DNA of 63,048 bases, filler included, from Octopus bimaculoides (Eukaryota), in NCBI RefSeq assembly GCF_001194135.2. It is 7 parts of 7 records of this genome, joined end to end, with 100 filler letters (N's around TTAATTAATTAA, not from the genome) between each part and the next. Parts side by side here need not be neighbours in the genome. Positions count along the whole stretch, not along the records: positions 10,672 to 35,941 come from NC_068982.1; 6 more parts are not named here. The stretch is one strand, 5' to 3'. Below the pieces are notes generated by a model that was not told the origin of the DNA, did not search any database, and saw nothing but the letters and a program-made list of their open reading frames with translations. The position numbers were made by a program, and so were the translations under genes. This document shows positions 13,290 through 24,763 of the stretch, piece by piece; within the stretch, counting starts at the first letter, position 1; each line of letters starts with the position of its first letter.

Positions 13290-13410
13290 CAGGTTTGGTC
13301 ACACTCCTTGGCATCATGGGCAAGTGCCTTTTACTATAGCCCTGGGCCAACTGAAGCCTTATCAGTGGGTTTGGTAAATGGAAACCAAAAGAAGCCTGTC
13401 ACATATACAC
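13290..13410 (+). mobile_element. Diverged, 5'-truncated SINE family A head; a probable SINE continuation follows the maT insertion (about 14265-14350)
   Basis: GGGCAAGTGCCTTTTACTATAGCC...GGAAACCAAAAGAAGCCTGTC matches the head at 3270-3360. Confidence 0.7.
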
Positions 13411-14263
13411 TGAATAAATTGTCATCTAAATTACGGAAAAAATGGAAATAACACTGACATCTCATTTTAGTAGATATATTTACCAAAATTACATTAAAAT
13501 ATCTTGAAATACTAAAGAGTAAATTTATTCAATAAAATAGCCATTGGCTTCAACCACAGCCTCCAGATGACATTGGAATCTCCTGTAACTCTTCTGGACG
13601 GTCTCTTTGTTTAAGTTGGTGAATGCTGCCATAATCCTTGCCTTCAGTTCATCTTTGGTGTTACAAGAAGTTTTGTTGGTCACTCCTTCAACTGCATCCC
13701 ACACATAATTATCAAGGGGGTTGCAGTCTGGGGAGTTAGGTGGCTAGATGTTACGGGTGATGTAGTCACAGAAATTGTCTGACAGCCACAACTGGGTTCT
13801 CCTGCTTGTGTAGCATGGTACAGAGTCCTGTTGCCAGACACAGGGTCTTCCAGATTCTTGATCCAGAGCACCACTTATCCTCCAGGCACTTGATGCAAGC
13901 CTCTGTGTTGAGTCTGAGGCTGTGTGGGAAGATGAATGGATGCATAACGTTGCCATCACTAGTGATCACTCCAGACACCATGATGTTGACTGGATGTTTG
14001 ATCTTTATCACTCTTGGTACACGTCCTCAGATTGACACTGAAACACTCAGAAACGTTCATACTGGAGCTTCTGGCGTGAAAACCAAACAACAGTACAACA
14101 TGTCGTTTCCAAATTTCTGCCAGAGTGAATTGCATCATGGTGCTGTTTTTCTCATAGACGGTGCCCAGTTGACCTTACTATATTGTGTAGTGGACAAAAA
14201 GAAGCAATGCACATGCACAAAATTAAAAATGTAAAATGGTGACAGTTTACCCATTGCACCCTG
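13411..14263 (-). mobile_element. maT (DD37D, Tc1/mariner superfamily) element with an internal deletion
   Basis: Colinear with 23453-24717 but lacks about 430 bp (equivalent to about 24045-24475). Terminus ...TTTACCCATTGCACCCTG; peptides KHPVNIMVSGVITSDG and WQQDSVPC. Confidence 0.88.
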
Positions 14264-15034
14264 TGTGTGTGTATATATATATATATATAAAATGTGTGTG
14301 TTACTGTCTCCTTGCCTTGACATCGTGTGATAGTTTTAAGTGAGTGTCAGCATTGCACAAGGTGCCACACAGTAGGACTGAACCCAGAACCATGTGGTTG
14401 GGAAGTAAACTTCTTGCTACACAGCTTTGCCTGTGCCTATATATACTCTTGTTCATTGGACTGTGGCCATGCTAAAGTACCACATGCGCATGTGTGTGTA
14501 TGTATGTATTTGTACACATGCTACCAATTAGGTATGCTATTGAATGAGAAACCTAATCATAAGGTTTTAAGTTGTTATTATCGTTATCAAATATATTCCA
14601 CCCATGACCATTCTGGCTTTTTCCAAAGGTATATTATCCAATTTTTTCTTTCAATTGTTAAGATGATAGAGCAGGATTTGAAACAAGTTTGGCTAATAAT
14701 TCTAGGTGTTCAAGTAACTGCATTGAGTTCCCCTTTTTGGTTTATGAATCTTGAAGTAAAATCCACTGCTTTTGTTTTGCTGTTTCTAGGTCATATGTAA
14801 CACATCAATCTGGTTTGGTTCCAAAATAAGTCCATCAACTGTTTTAATTCAGCTGTACATTCTGATCAGTTGTAAGCTGCATGTAATGGATGGTGCATGT
14901 ATGTGCATGTGTACATGTGTATGCACATGTGTATGTGTGTGTGTGTGTGTGAACAGCACATTCTGTATTAAATTTATCAAATGCATGCCATCCACCACCA
15001 GGTGGTCATTCCCATCAACTATGATGGATTTTTA

Positions 15035-16265
15035 TTGGGTCATCTCATAAATAATGCGTTTTTTACAATTGCATGAACTAAAAGTTGGATGCAGATGGGA
15101 TAAACTACCTGCATCAACTTGCTATGAAAGCAGGTACTAATTTTACCTTGTCCTTATTGTTAGTGCAAGTTTTGAAGAGTGCAGTTCTATTTTAACAGTT
15201 ATTTTTTCGATGTTATTATGAAAATGACAAAGGAGTATATTCAACATCTTTTGCTTTATGAGTTCAGTAAAGATAACAACACAGTGGAGAGTGCGAGGAA
15301 TGCAGTATATGGGGATCAGACAATATGCATAAGCCAGTGTCAATGGTGGTTCCAGAAATTCCGAGCTGGAAACTACAGCCTATATGAGCCTTGTCCTGGA
15401 AGATCTGTAGAGCTCGATGAGGATGCCCTGGAAACCCTAGGGGAACAAAATCCCATTGTGACTATCAAGGAACTAGCAGAGAAGCATGGATTTGGTTATT
15501 CAACCATTCATCGACATCTGCATGCCATCGGAAAAGTCAGAAAATTGGGTCAATGGGTTCCTCACAAACTTTCTGAGTCTAATCATGTGCAGAGAGTGAA
15601 TGTGTGCTCTTCTTTGCTGTCACATCCCGCGAATGAACCTTTTTTGGACTGAATAGTGACTGGTGATGAGAAATGGGCTCTCTATAAAAATGTCAAGTGC
15701 TGAAGACAGTGGGTAGGGAAAGGAGAAGCATTGGCACCCCAGGCTAAAGAAAGTCTTCACCCACGTAAGGTGTTGTTATCTGTTTGGTGGGATATGAAAG
15801 ATTTAGTCCACTTTGAACTTTTAAACCCAAATCAAATGATAACAAAGGACATCTATTGTGAGCAACTTGACCATCTTTGGTTTCAAAAGGAAAGGTATTC
15901 TTCCATTAGGGTAATGCTCAGCCACACACACATAAAGGTTGAAGCAGTCTGAATGGGAAATGATGCCCCACCATGTTCACTGGACATTGCCCCATCTGAT
16001 TATCATTTATTCCACAGTCTTCAAGAACATTTGGCTGGAAGATATATGAATTCTGTTGACGAGGTCAAAACAGTACTGGAGGAGCATTTTTTGTCACGGA
16101 CAAGTGAATTTTGGAAGTGGGGCCTTGCAAGTCTACCAGATAGATGGAAGAGCATTGTAGAAAATGAAGGAGAGTATATTTTAGATTAAGAAAGAACTTT
16201 ATTTATCTTAATTTTGAAAAATAAAAGAAGTATAAAAAACCCACATTATTTATGGGATGACCCAA
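15035..16265 (+). mobile_element. Full-length mariner (DD34D-type) transposon, transposase pseudogenised
   Basis: TIRs TTGGGTCATCTCATAAATAATG / CATTATTTATGGGATGACCCAA with TA on both sides (15033-15034, 16266-16267). WVPHKL, IVTGDEKW and DIAPSDYHLF motifs; in-frame stops and frameshifts. Confidence 0.95.
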
Positions 16266-16394
16266 TATCTTGTATATATATGTGTGTAATTAAAATACTT
16301 ATTACATATTTTTAAAAAGTATTTTTGGTTTCATAAATATACAAACATAATTATAATTTGTGAATTTTATATGTTTGCCTTTTGTATATTCTAG

Positions 16395-17182
16395 ATCAAA
16401 AGACTGAAGACCGGCAAAAAATTGCCATAGTTACTGGAGGAACAGGTGGCATAGGTTTTGCTACTTCCAAAGGTCTTGCTGCCCAAGGTTATAATTTAAT
16501 TCTTGGTTACTATTCTGACAGTGAAAATGCCAAGAAGTGTGAACAGGAATTAAAGACGAATTTCAAGATCCAGGTTAGGACAATTGGTGGAGATGTTTGT
16601 GAAGAAGACACTGTGAATTCATATTTCAACTGTTTGAATGAAATGAATGGCATGCTCACTGTTATTGTTCACACTGCTGGACTTTATACACCAGATTCCA
16701 TTTCAAAAAATCCAGATACCCATTTCACTACATTTGAAACATATGATTATTTCCAGAACATCTATCCTAAGTGTTTCATACGTTTAGTGGAAACAGGAAT
16801 GAAGTTAATGGAAGATGGTTATGGCTACATTGTTTGCTTATCAAGCCCTGGTTGTAATGTCAATGATCAAGTTCGATTAGGTTACATGATGCCAGGCACT
16901 GGGAAATGTGTACTTGAATATTTGTCTCGTCATTATGCTAAAATGCTAGCAAAGCGGAGAATCACTTGTAATTGTATTGTTCCTGGGTATATACACACAA
17001 AACCGTGGAAACAACTGGAGGCAAAAATGGGTCCTGATATTGGATGTGTAAGAACTCCGATGGGTCGATGGGGTCAACCTGAAGAAATAGGAGATTTTGT
17101 TTCCTATTTGTGTTCTCCTAAAGCAAGTTTTCTCACCGGTGCTACCATTCCATTTGATGGAGGTTTGAGCCTTGGGAAGTAA
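16395..17182 (+). CDS. Short-chain dehydrogenase/reductase, FabL/enoyl-ACP-reductase-like; main coding exon, start codon presumably in an upstream exon
   Basis: Uninterrupted frame with TGGTGGIG (Rossmann), HTAG, LSS, YMMPGTGK (Y-x6-K), NCIVPG, TPMGRWG.PEEI and LTGATIPFDGG. The ORF track starts at TTG with no ATG. A pyrimidine tract + AG (16393-16394) precedes the domain; stop TAA at 17180-17182. Confidence 0.93.
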
Positions 17183-17208
17183 TGATATTTGTAAAGAAAA
17201 ATAATGAT

Positions 17209-17214
17209 AATAAA
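17209..17214 (+). promoter_or_regulatory. Possible polyadenylation signal of the SDR gene
   Basis: AATAAA 27 nt after the stop codon. In AT-rich DNA this could be chance. Confidence 0.3.
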
Positions 17215-17599
17215 GAAAAAAAAATTTTGGAAAGCTTTTTCTTCTGGTTTTTCATTAAAAACACTATTTCAATAACTCAGCGTTAATTATAAAGGTCCAT
17301 GAAATTGAATTTTTTGATAATTGTATGTTACTTTATATATTTTTGTGGTGCTAATCTGAAATATCAAAAAAACCTCTTTCCCATTACATAAGATTTTCTC
17401 ACAATTTAATGATAAAACAGGTAAATCTACAAATGGTAGGCCAAAATGAAACTAATAAAAATGAATTTGATACTTTATTTAGCAAAATACTATGGCACAA
17501 ATACAACTGAAACGTGAGAAAATAGATTTCTAAAAGAGTTCCATTTGTTTTGTTTTTTTCTATTCGGCACCTTGAAATTTCTTTTTCACTTGGAAACTA

Positions 17600-18715
17600 T
17601 TCCTGGAACTCTTTGGCTTGTGTGCATTTGATGGACATTCACTGCACCATCCAGCAGTAGTCAACCATCATATTAACATTCCATCTTCCCTGATATGTTC
17701 TTTCCTTCTCTTTTTATGTCTTGATGAAACCTTTCCCCTTGCTCTTCACTTACACCCCATAGATTTTCTGGAACTACAAAAGACAAATGGGCAAATCTTC
17801 CATCTGCATTGCAACCTGCTGCCCATGGACCAATGTTCCAGTTCCATCATCACCAGGAAACCTTGAAGACATAAACTTTGGTTCTGAGTCAGAAGACTTC
17901 AATAGCAGTGAAGGTGAAGAAACTCAATTATTCAACCAATGTGCATTAAATGATCTAGTGAAGAACTTAGGGCTTACAAAGGAGTCAGCAGAGCTTTTAG
18001 GTTCTAGACTTAAATCCAAGAATCTTTGAGCACCTCATACATCATTCTATTGGTTTTGTAACCATGAAAGAGAATTCGTTCCTTTTTTCACTCAGGAAAA
18101 TTATTTGGTTTATTGTGCAGATCCATCAGGACTAATAAGAAAATTTGGCATAAGTTACAGCCCTGATTAATGGAGACTATTCAACAACTTTTCAAAGAGA
18201 AGTCTTAAAGCTCTTCTACTGCATAATGGTAATAAATATGCTTCCAGCCTTGTTGGACACTCAGTGATCATGAAGAAAACATAAAAATTTGATGTAAGTT
18301 TTCACAAGATTAAATTCAAAGATCATAACAGGATGATAAAAATGGCCAAGTAGGGATATGCTTACATTTGGAAGAAAGGATATCCTCCTCTACATATAAA
18401 ACTTGCCCTCATGAAGCAATTCATAAAAGCTTTGCTACAGGATGGAGAGGGTTTTAAATATTTGCATAGCAGGTTTCCTGCTCTATCAGACACTATGGTT
18501 GAAAAGGGTGTATTTGTAGAACCAGATATTAGGAAACTTGTCGAGGATGAACATTTTCAAAACTCCCATAGTGAGTCTAAAAAAGATGCATGGATTAATT
18601 TTAAAGATGTTATGAAGAACTTGGGTAATCACAATGATCCAAACTACAAAGATATAGTGGCAAGAATGCTGGAAATTTTTGAGGCTTCAGGATGCAAAAT
18701 GAACACCAATCTCAA
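17600..18715 (+). mobile_element. Degenerate DNA-transposon transposase, Chapaev3/CMC-like
   Basis: Peptides FNQCALNDLVKNLGLTKESAELLGSRLKSKNL, SKRSLKALLLHNGNKYAS and LHIKLALMKQFIKAL...KGVFVEPDIRKL across frameshifts. Family assignment is from recall; TIRs not identified. Confidence 0.65.
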
Positions 18716-18729
18716 GAAGTCTTCTAGCG

Positions 18730-19075
18730 GATGTCATCTAGGCATTATTGTAAACAACGATTTGCATTGGACAAACCACATCTCTAAGATTGTCAAGAGG
18801 GCTGAGGTGGTGCTAGCACCACTCAGTAAGACCTTTGTCAGCCGTTCTCCAGCTATCTATTTAAAACTGTATATGACAATGGTATCTCCACACTTGTAAT
18901 CTGCATCACCAGTCTGGAACCCCTATCTTGCTCAGCATATAACTCTCCTGGAAACTGTTCAGAAACGTGCAACAAAACAAATACCCACCGTCAGACATTT
19001 ACCATACTCTGAATGTCTTGCTTCCCTGGGAGGCATGGATACATTGAAACTCAGACATCTGGCAACTGACTTGAC
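18730..19075 (+). mobile_element. CR1/L2-like LINE reverse-transcriptase C-terminal fragment
   Basis: LGIIVNNDLHWTNHISKIV, LKLYMTMVSPHL*SASPVWNPYL and VQKRATKQIP..RHLPYSECL match the post-RT region of CR1/L2/Jockey-type LINEs. Confidence 0.82.
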
Positions 19076-20217
19076 TGAAACGAGTAAAAGATAAAACAAA
19101 AGATACATATGTATATATAGAATATGTCCAGTATAGATCTGGGAAAACCATAGTTCAATTGAAGACCGAAAACAGACAATGTGTATGTGTGCTGATGACT
19201 TCTATGCCTTGACAACTGAAAAGAAAATGTTTCTCTAAGGAAATTTACTTAGACTACATACACTAAAATATCATTTGTATTCAAATAAGTCATTACATTT
19301 ACATCTTTCTTATTTATCCCAAAATTCTCATTAGCGAATTTTATTCAAGTTATCGCCCTTGCAATTTTATTTTTTAATAAAATTTAAACATCCAGAGAGT
19401 GAATCCGTCTTTTAATGATAGGAATAATCTTTGTTAATTTAAGATTGTTTTAACTCCATATATCATGTATGTGAGATCTGTTTTTGGTAAAAAATATAAA
19501 TCCTTTTACTGACATAGATTCTAAAGAAATTTGCCTGTAAAATATGGTGATAATAAAATCATGATAAAGTTGTTTCCCTTCTCTGTTGGTTGTACTAACT
19601 TTAAAAATGCAGGTTAAGAGACCTTGTGCATGGAAACAATAGTTGAGGTAGTGTGGACGTATCTAAGACAGGGAAATGATTAGAGGTAATTAGGAACCGT
19701 TCAAAAGGCGAATAAATTAGTTTGCCATGAGTAGAAAAAAAGTCAAACATTTTAAGCAGGTAACTTCAAGCACTGATGTATGGTTTAGAAGCTTGGGCAA
19801 ATGGCTTTGGACTGACCAATGCCTTGTGAGAGAATTTGCCCGTTGTGTGTGTGTGTATGTATTTTTGTACATGTTTCAGTCATTTGACCGTGGCCATGCT
19901 TAACCACTTCCTTAAAAGGTTTCATTACAAGTGAACGTAAAAATAATAAGAAATAATTATGTATTTAGGTAAAAATATTTAATTATATTGGCAAGAATGG
20001 CAGTCAATTATGAACAAATATGGGTCTTGGTATGGTTTCGTCAATGAACCAGATTATACTAGAGTGGTAATGAGAAAATCGTTCAATTGAGGTACAAAAT
20101 TGTACTTCATACAAAACAATAATTTAGTGTTAACTTACGTGATGCTGAGAATGTTAAAAAGCTAACTAGATATAATTACGAGGTGAGGAAAAAAATATTA
20201 GTCTATCTATCTGTCTA

Positions 20218-20470
20218 TCATAATCATCATCATCGTCATCATCACGTATGCTTTCCATGCTGGCATGGGTTGGATGGTTTGGCAGGGACTGGCAAGGCCA
20301 GGAGTCGCACCAGGTCCCGTTGTCCGTTTTGTCATGGTTTCTACATTTGGAGACCCTTCCTAACATCAACCACTCTATAGTGTATACTGGATGCATTTTA
20401 TGTGGCACCAGCACCAGTGCTTTTTATGAGGTACTAGCACTGACAAGGTCACCAAGTACCTTGCATAGCT
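20218..20470 (-). mobile_element. RTE 3'-end repeat with (CAT)n tail
   Basis: CATCATCATCACGTATGCTTTCCATGCTGGCATGGGTTGGA...CCCTTCCTAAC, homologous to 12160-12340. Confidence 0.72.
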
Positions 20471-21543
20471 AACCTCCTCAACTGGGAGTAGGGGGAGTAG
20501 TATTGAGGGGTTTTTGGTTTTGTGCCAGTTGAGAGATCTGAAGTGTAGAGGAAACAGATATAGGTATTTGATGTAGAGTAGCTACATGGACACCCCAGTT
20601 AGAAAACAAATGAGACTGATTTGGAGAGTAAGATACTGACATTGATAGTGAGAGAGATGATGGCAGAGTTTTTCTGGTGTTAAGTACATTAAAACATTCT
20701 TCCTACTTTCTCTGTAAGACACGAAGCTGTTATTACAAAATTAGTCATCTGACTGTTTTTAAAAAATTGTGGAACTGAGGTACATAAAATTAAGTGTACA
20801 CAAGGTATATATATACAGTGGATTTGCATTCAGCTCCACTGAACTAGTAATCATAAACTATAAACTACTTGTAGTCTTACATTAGTAATTTCGCAAAGAT
20901 CACAAACACTGCCTCTTCATCCAGACCCAACTGATAAAAAAAAAAAAAAATCTCCTAGGAATTAAACTGCCAAACATCTCATACTCTATGTACTGGATAT
21001 ATGTTATAAAAAATGGAACTGGATATTTCCTCTTCTCAGCAGTAATTATCTTTTGATATGTTTGTTGGGTTTTATGACTCAGCTCTGCTTTTGATGAACT
21101 GTTCTCTGGAGAATAACCAATGATCTACACTAGTTATCTTAGCTTTTTTTCTCTCTTATGTAATTTCATGAGTACTTTAATCTATTGTCTAGCAGCACTA
21201 AAATCTAAGGCTTCATTTTGAGTATCTTGAGTCATTCAGCATGGTGGAGCTCATCTCTTTCCTAACCATATGTGATAATTGTCTAACACAGTTTATAATA
21301 AAACGCACATCACCTTTCACAGTACTTTCCCTGCATGCAGCAGTGAATTGCTCCTCCGTTGTGGTATCTATTTATTTTTAGATGCCATAGGCAGAGCTGA
21401 ATTAAGCCAGCTCATGCCACTAAGCACAACCCAACAAAAATAATCCCTTGGTTCTTTTATTTTCTGACAAGACATTAAGATATATTGGATCTGAAGTGAT
21501 TGATTAAAATTTCAGTTTCCTTCTGGGCTATCCTCCAGGCAGT

Positions 21544-21926
21544 GGAGACGCAATGGCCCAGTGGTTAGGGCAGAGGACTCCCGGTCATAGGATCGCGGTT
21601 TCGATTCCCAAACCAGGCGTTGTGAGTGTTTATTGAGTGAAAACACTTAAAGCTCCACGAGGCTCCAGCAGGGGATGGTGGCGAACCCTGCTGTACTCTT
21701 CCACCACAACTTTCTCTCACTCTTACTTCCTGTTTCTGTTGTGCCTGTAATTCAAAGGGTCAACCTTGTCACATTGTGTCATGCTGAATATCCCCGAGAA
21801 CTACATTAAAGGTACACGTGTCTGTGGAGTGCTCAGCCTCTTGCACGTTAATTTTATGAGCAGGCTGTTCCGTTGATCGGATCAACTAGAACCCTCGACG
21901 TCATAAGTGACGGAGTGCCAACAACA
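21544..21926 (+). mobile_element. tRNA-derived SINE, family B (distinct from family A)
   Basis: A-box TGGCCCAGTGG and B-box GGTTTCGATTCC in a tRNA-like head, about 300 bp body, ending in a short (ACA)n tail. Confidence 0.75.
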
Positions 21927-23018
21927 TCCTCCAGGCATGACCACACAACACAAATATACCACATGTACCCTAATCTATTTTTAATTGTATTTATTAAATA
22001 CAAAATAGTAGTAAACAAGATAAAAACATTTTTTCTTTGCAACTAGAATAAAAGGAAAACAATTGGAAATTTTTGACTTTTATTTATTAAAAAAAAAATT
22101 ATAATTCACCATTTGCACTAATATAAATCTGACACAAGAAAAAAAAAAGAATGAAAAGAAACTCTGCTGTGTCCCTTTCTCTTCCTGCCTTAAGCAAGTA
22201 CTCATTCTGTCTAATGGCCAGTTTGGCTCTAACTATGGACTCAGTAACAATATATGAATTGTTTAACTATTGGTCAGTTATCCACTGCCCAATTGGCTCA
22301 GCCAATCTTATGTAATGTAAATATAAATGTCTCCTTAGGTTCAAGGGACTTCAAAACATGTAAAGATAACTTAATAATTTCTACTGGATACTAGTCTATC
22401 TTGGGTAACATTTCTCTCTATTCCTGAGAGATAGTGAGCTGAGACACACAAAATCATACAAGATGCACATGCAGTGAACTCATAGGAATTCCACTCCTTT
22501 AAACTAGTGCTCTTATACTGTGTAGATTTCATCATTTCATTTTTAAATAGCTTTATAGAGGGACATGCAGTCCTAAGTTTCACAATTTAGAATATATTAT
22601 CTAAATATATTTCATGTAGTTCACTGGGGAAGATTTAGCTGTTTCACTGAATTGGTCAGATGACTAGAAATTTAGCTGTCTCATTGACATGGTTAAATGA
22701 GTATGGAGATTTAACTACCTCATTCACCAGAGTGAATGATTGGGAAGATTTTAGTTAACCCAATCAATTGATGTAGTGGTCATGCAGAAAATCTAGTTTG
22801 AGCAAATACAAAATAGTTTTAGAACACTTTGTTTGCATTTATGACAAACAGTGACATTTGATAGACATCACAGAACTAAGGAAATCTACAAATTTTCATA
22901 CTAGTCACGGTCTAGTATTTACATTAATGAACTTCTTCAAAGAGGAAAGTTGACCACAGATTACTTTAGCTTTGTGCCTTTAATACAAAGGAAGATCATC
23001 ATTGTCATCATCAGTGTT

Positions 23019-23053
<35 letters not shown>

Positions 23054-23299
23054 CAATAATATTAATACGCTAACTTTTTGTTGTTGTTGTATGTACCTGT
23101 GGTGTGTGTCACACTTCAAAGAAGTGGCAGAGCAAGAGAGACGAGGACAGAGAGGAAGTAAGAGAGAGAGACAAAAAGTGAGTGAGAAAGAGAGAGAGTG
23201 AAAGAGACAGTGAGTGGTGACATTTGGCAAGCTGTCCTCCCATTCATTCTCCACATTCAGTAGTCTTTCATAATGGCTTCTCCAAGGCTAGTATGTATG

Positions 23300-23333
<34 letters not shown>

Positions 23334-23452
23334 AATAATAATAAAGGAGTTATTTTTGTTGGTAGTTAATTTATAATATATATATATATATATGTGTGTA
23401 TGTATCATCATATATATATATGTATATGTATGTGTGTGTACATACATATATG

Positions 23453-24717
23453 CAGGGGGCAGTGAATAAACTGTCGTCTAAATCATGCAAAAATGAAAAT
23501 AACAGACATCTCATTTTAATAGATATATTTACCAAAATTACATTAAAATATCCTGAAATATTAAAGAGTATATTTATTCAATAAAATCGCCATTGGCTTC
23601 AGTCACGGCCTCCAATCGACTCTGGAATCTCCTGCAACTCTTCTGGACGGTCTCCTTGTTTAAGTTGGTGAATGCTGCCATAATCCTTGCCTTCAGTCCA
23701 TCTTTGGTGTTACAAGGAGTTTTGTTGGTCTCTCACTCAAGTGTACCCCACACATAATAATCAAGGGGTTTGCAGTCTAAGGAGTTAGATGGCCAGATTT
23801 TAGGGATGATGTAGTCGCAGAAATTGTCTGACAGCCATGACTGAGTTCTCCTGCTTGTGTAGCATGGTGCAGAGTCCTGTTGTCAGACATAGGGTCTTCC
23901 AGTAGCCATCTTTTTGACCAAGGGTAGCACTACCTCCTTCAGGCACTTGGTGTAGGCCTCCGTGTTGAGTCTGGGGCTGTGTGGGAAGATCACTCCAAAC
24001 ACCATGATGTAGACTGGATGTTTGATTTTTATTACTCTTGGTGTATGTTTTGGGGATACGGCAAACCAACAGTTGTTTTGTGTGTTTACCATCTGATCCT
24101 GGCAGAAATTTTTCTTGTCTGAGAAAAACAAAAACATGTTCGCTTGAAGGGATGCTTGAGTTTGTTCAGAATCTTTGTTGCGTGGTCTTTCCTCTTGTCT
24201 TTGATGGCTTGGGATAAAAATTGGCCCTTTCTCATCTTGTATGAGGAATGCTGAATGTCTTCATGCATTATTTGCCTGATAATAAACTAAGACATTCCCA
24301 TGTCTCAAGCAATAGACCTGATAGACTTGGAGAGATCGTTGTCAATCATGGCCTGGATCTCACCAACAAATTCAGGAATTCTTTTTTTATAAGAATGAAC
24401 AGAGTGAGTTTTCCGAGCTGCTGTACCTTCGTAATCACCATTATACTCATCCAACTCTTTCAGAACCCTCTGCACTGTCCTCAGATTGACACCCAAACAC
24501 TCTGAAATGTTCGTATTGGAGCTTCCGGAGCGAATGCCAAGCAGTACAGCATGTCGTTTCCAAATTTCTGGCAGAGCGAATTGCGTTATAGTGCAGCTTT
24601 TTCTCACAGACGGTGCCCAGCTGACCCTACTATACTGTGTAGTCAACAAAATCAAAAACAATGCGCATGCACGAAATTAAAAATATAAAATGGCGGCAAT
24701 TTACCCATCGCACCCTG
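23453..24717 (-). mobile_element. Near full-length maT (DD37D) transposon, transposase pseudogenised
   Basis: Imperfect TIRs CAGGGGGCAGTGAATAAACTGTC / GGCAATTTACCCATCGCACCCTG followed by TA. N-terminal HTH (LGVNLRTVQRVLKEL). QQD to PLD spacing counted as 37 residues. W-to-stop change before QQD. Confidence 0.92.
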
Positions 24718-24731
24718 TATANNNNNNNNNN

Positions 24732-24763
<32 letters not shown>

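Noticed and set aside
15179-16189. Possible domesticated SETMAR-like gene
   Set aside because: Multiple stops and frameshifts, intact TIRs and TA duplication: an ordinary dead mariner.
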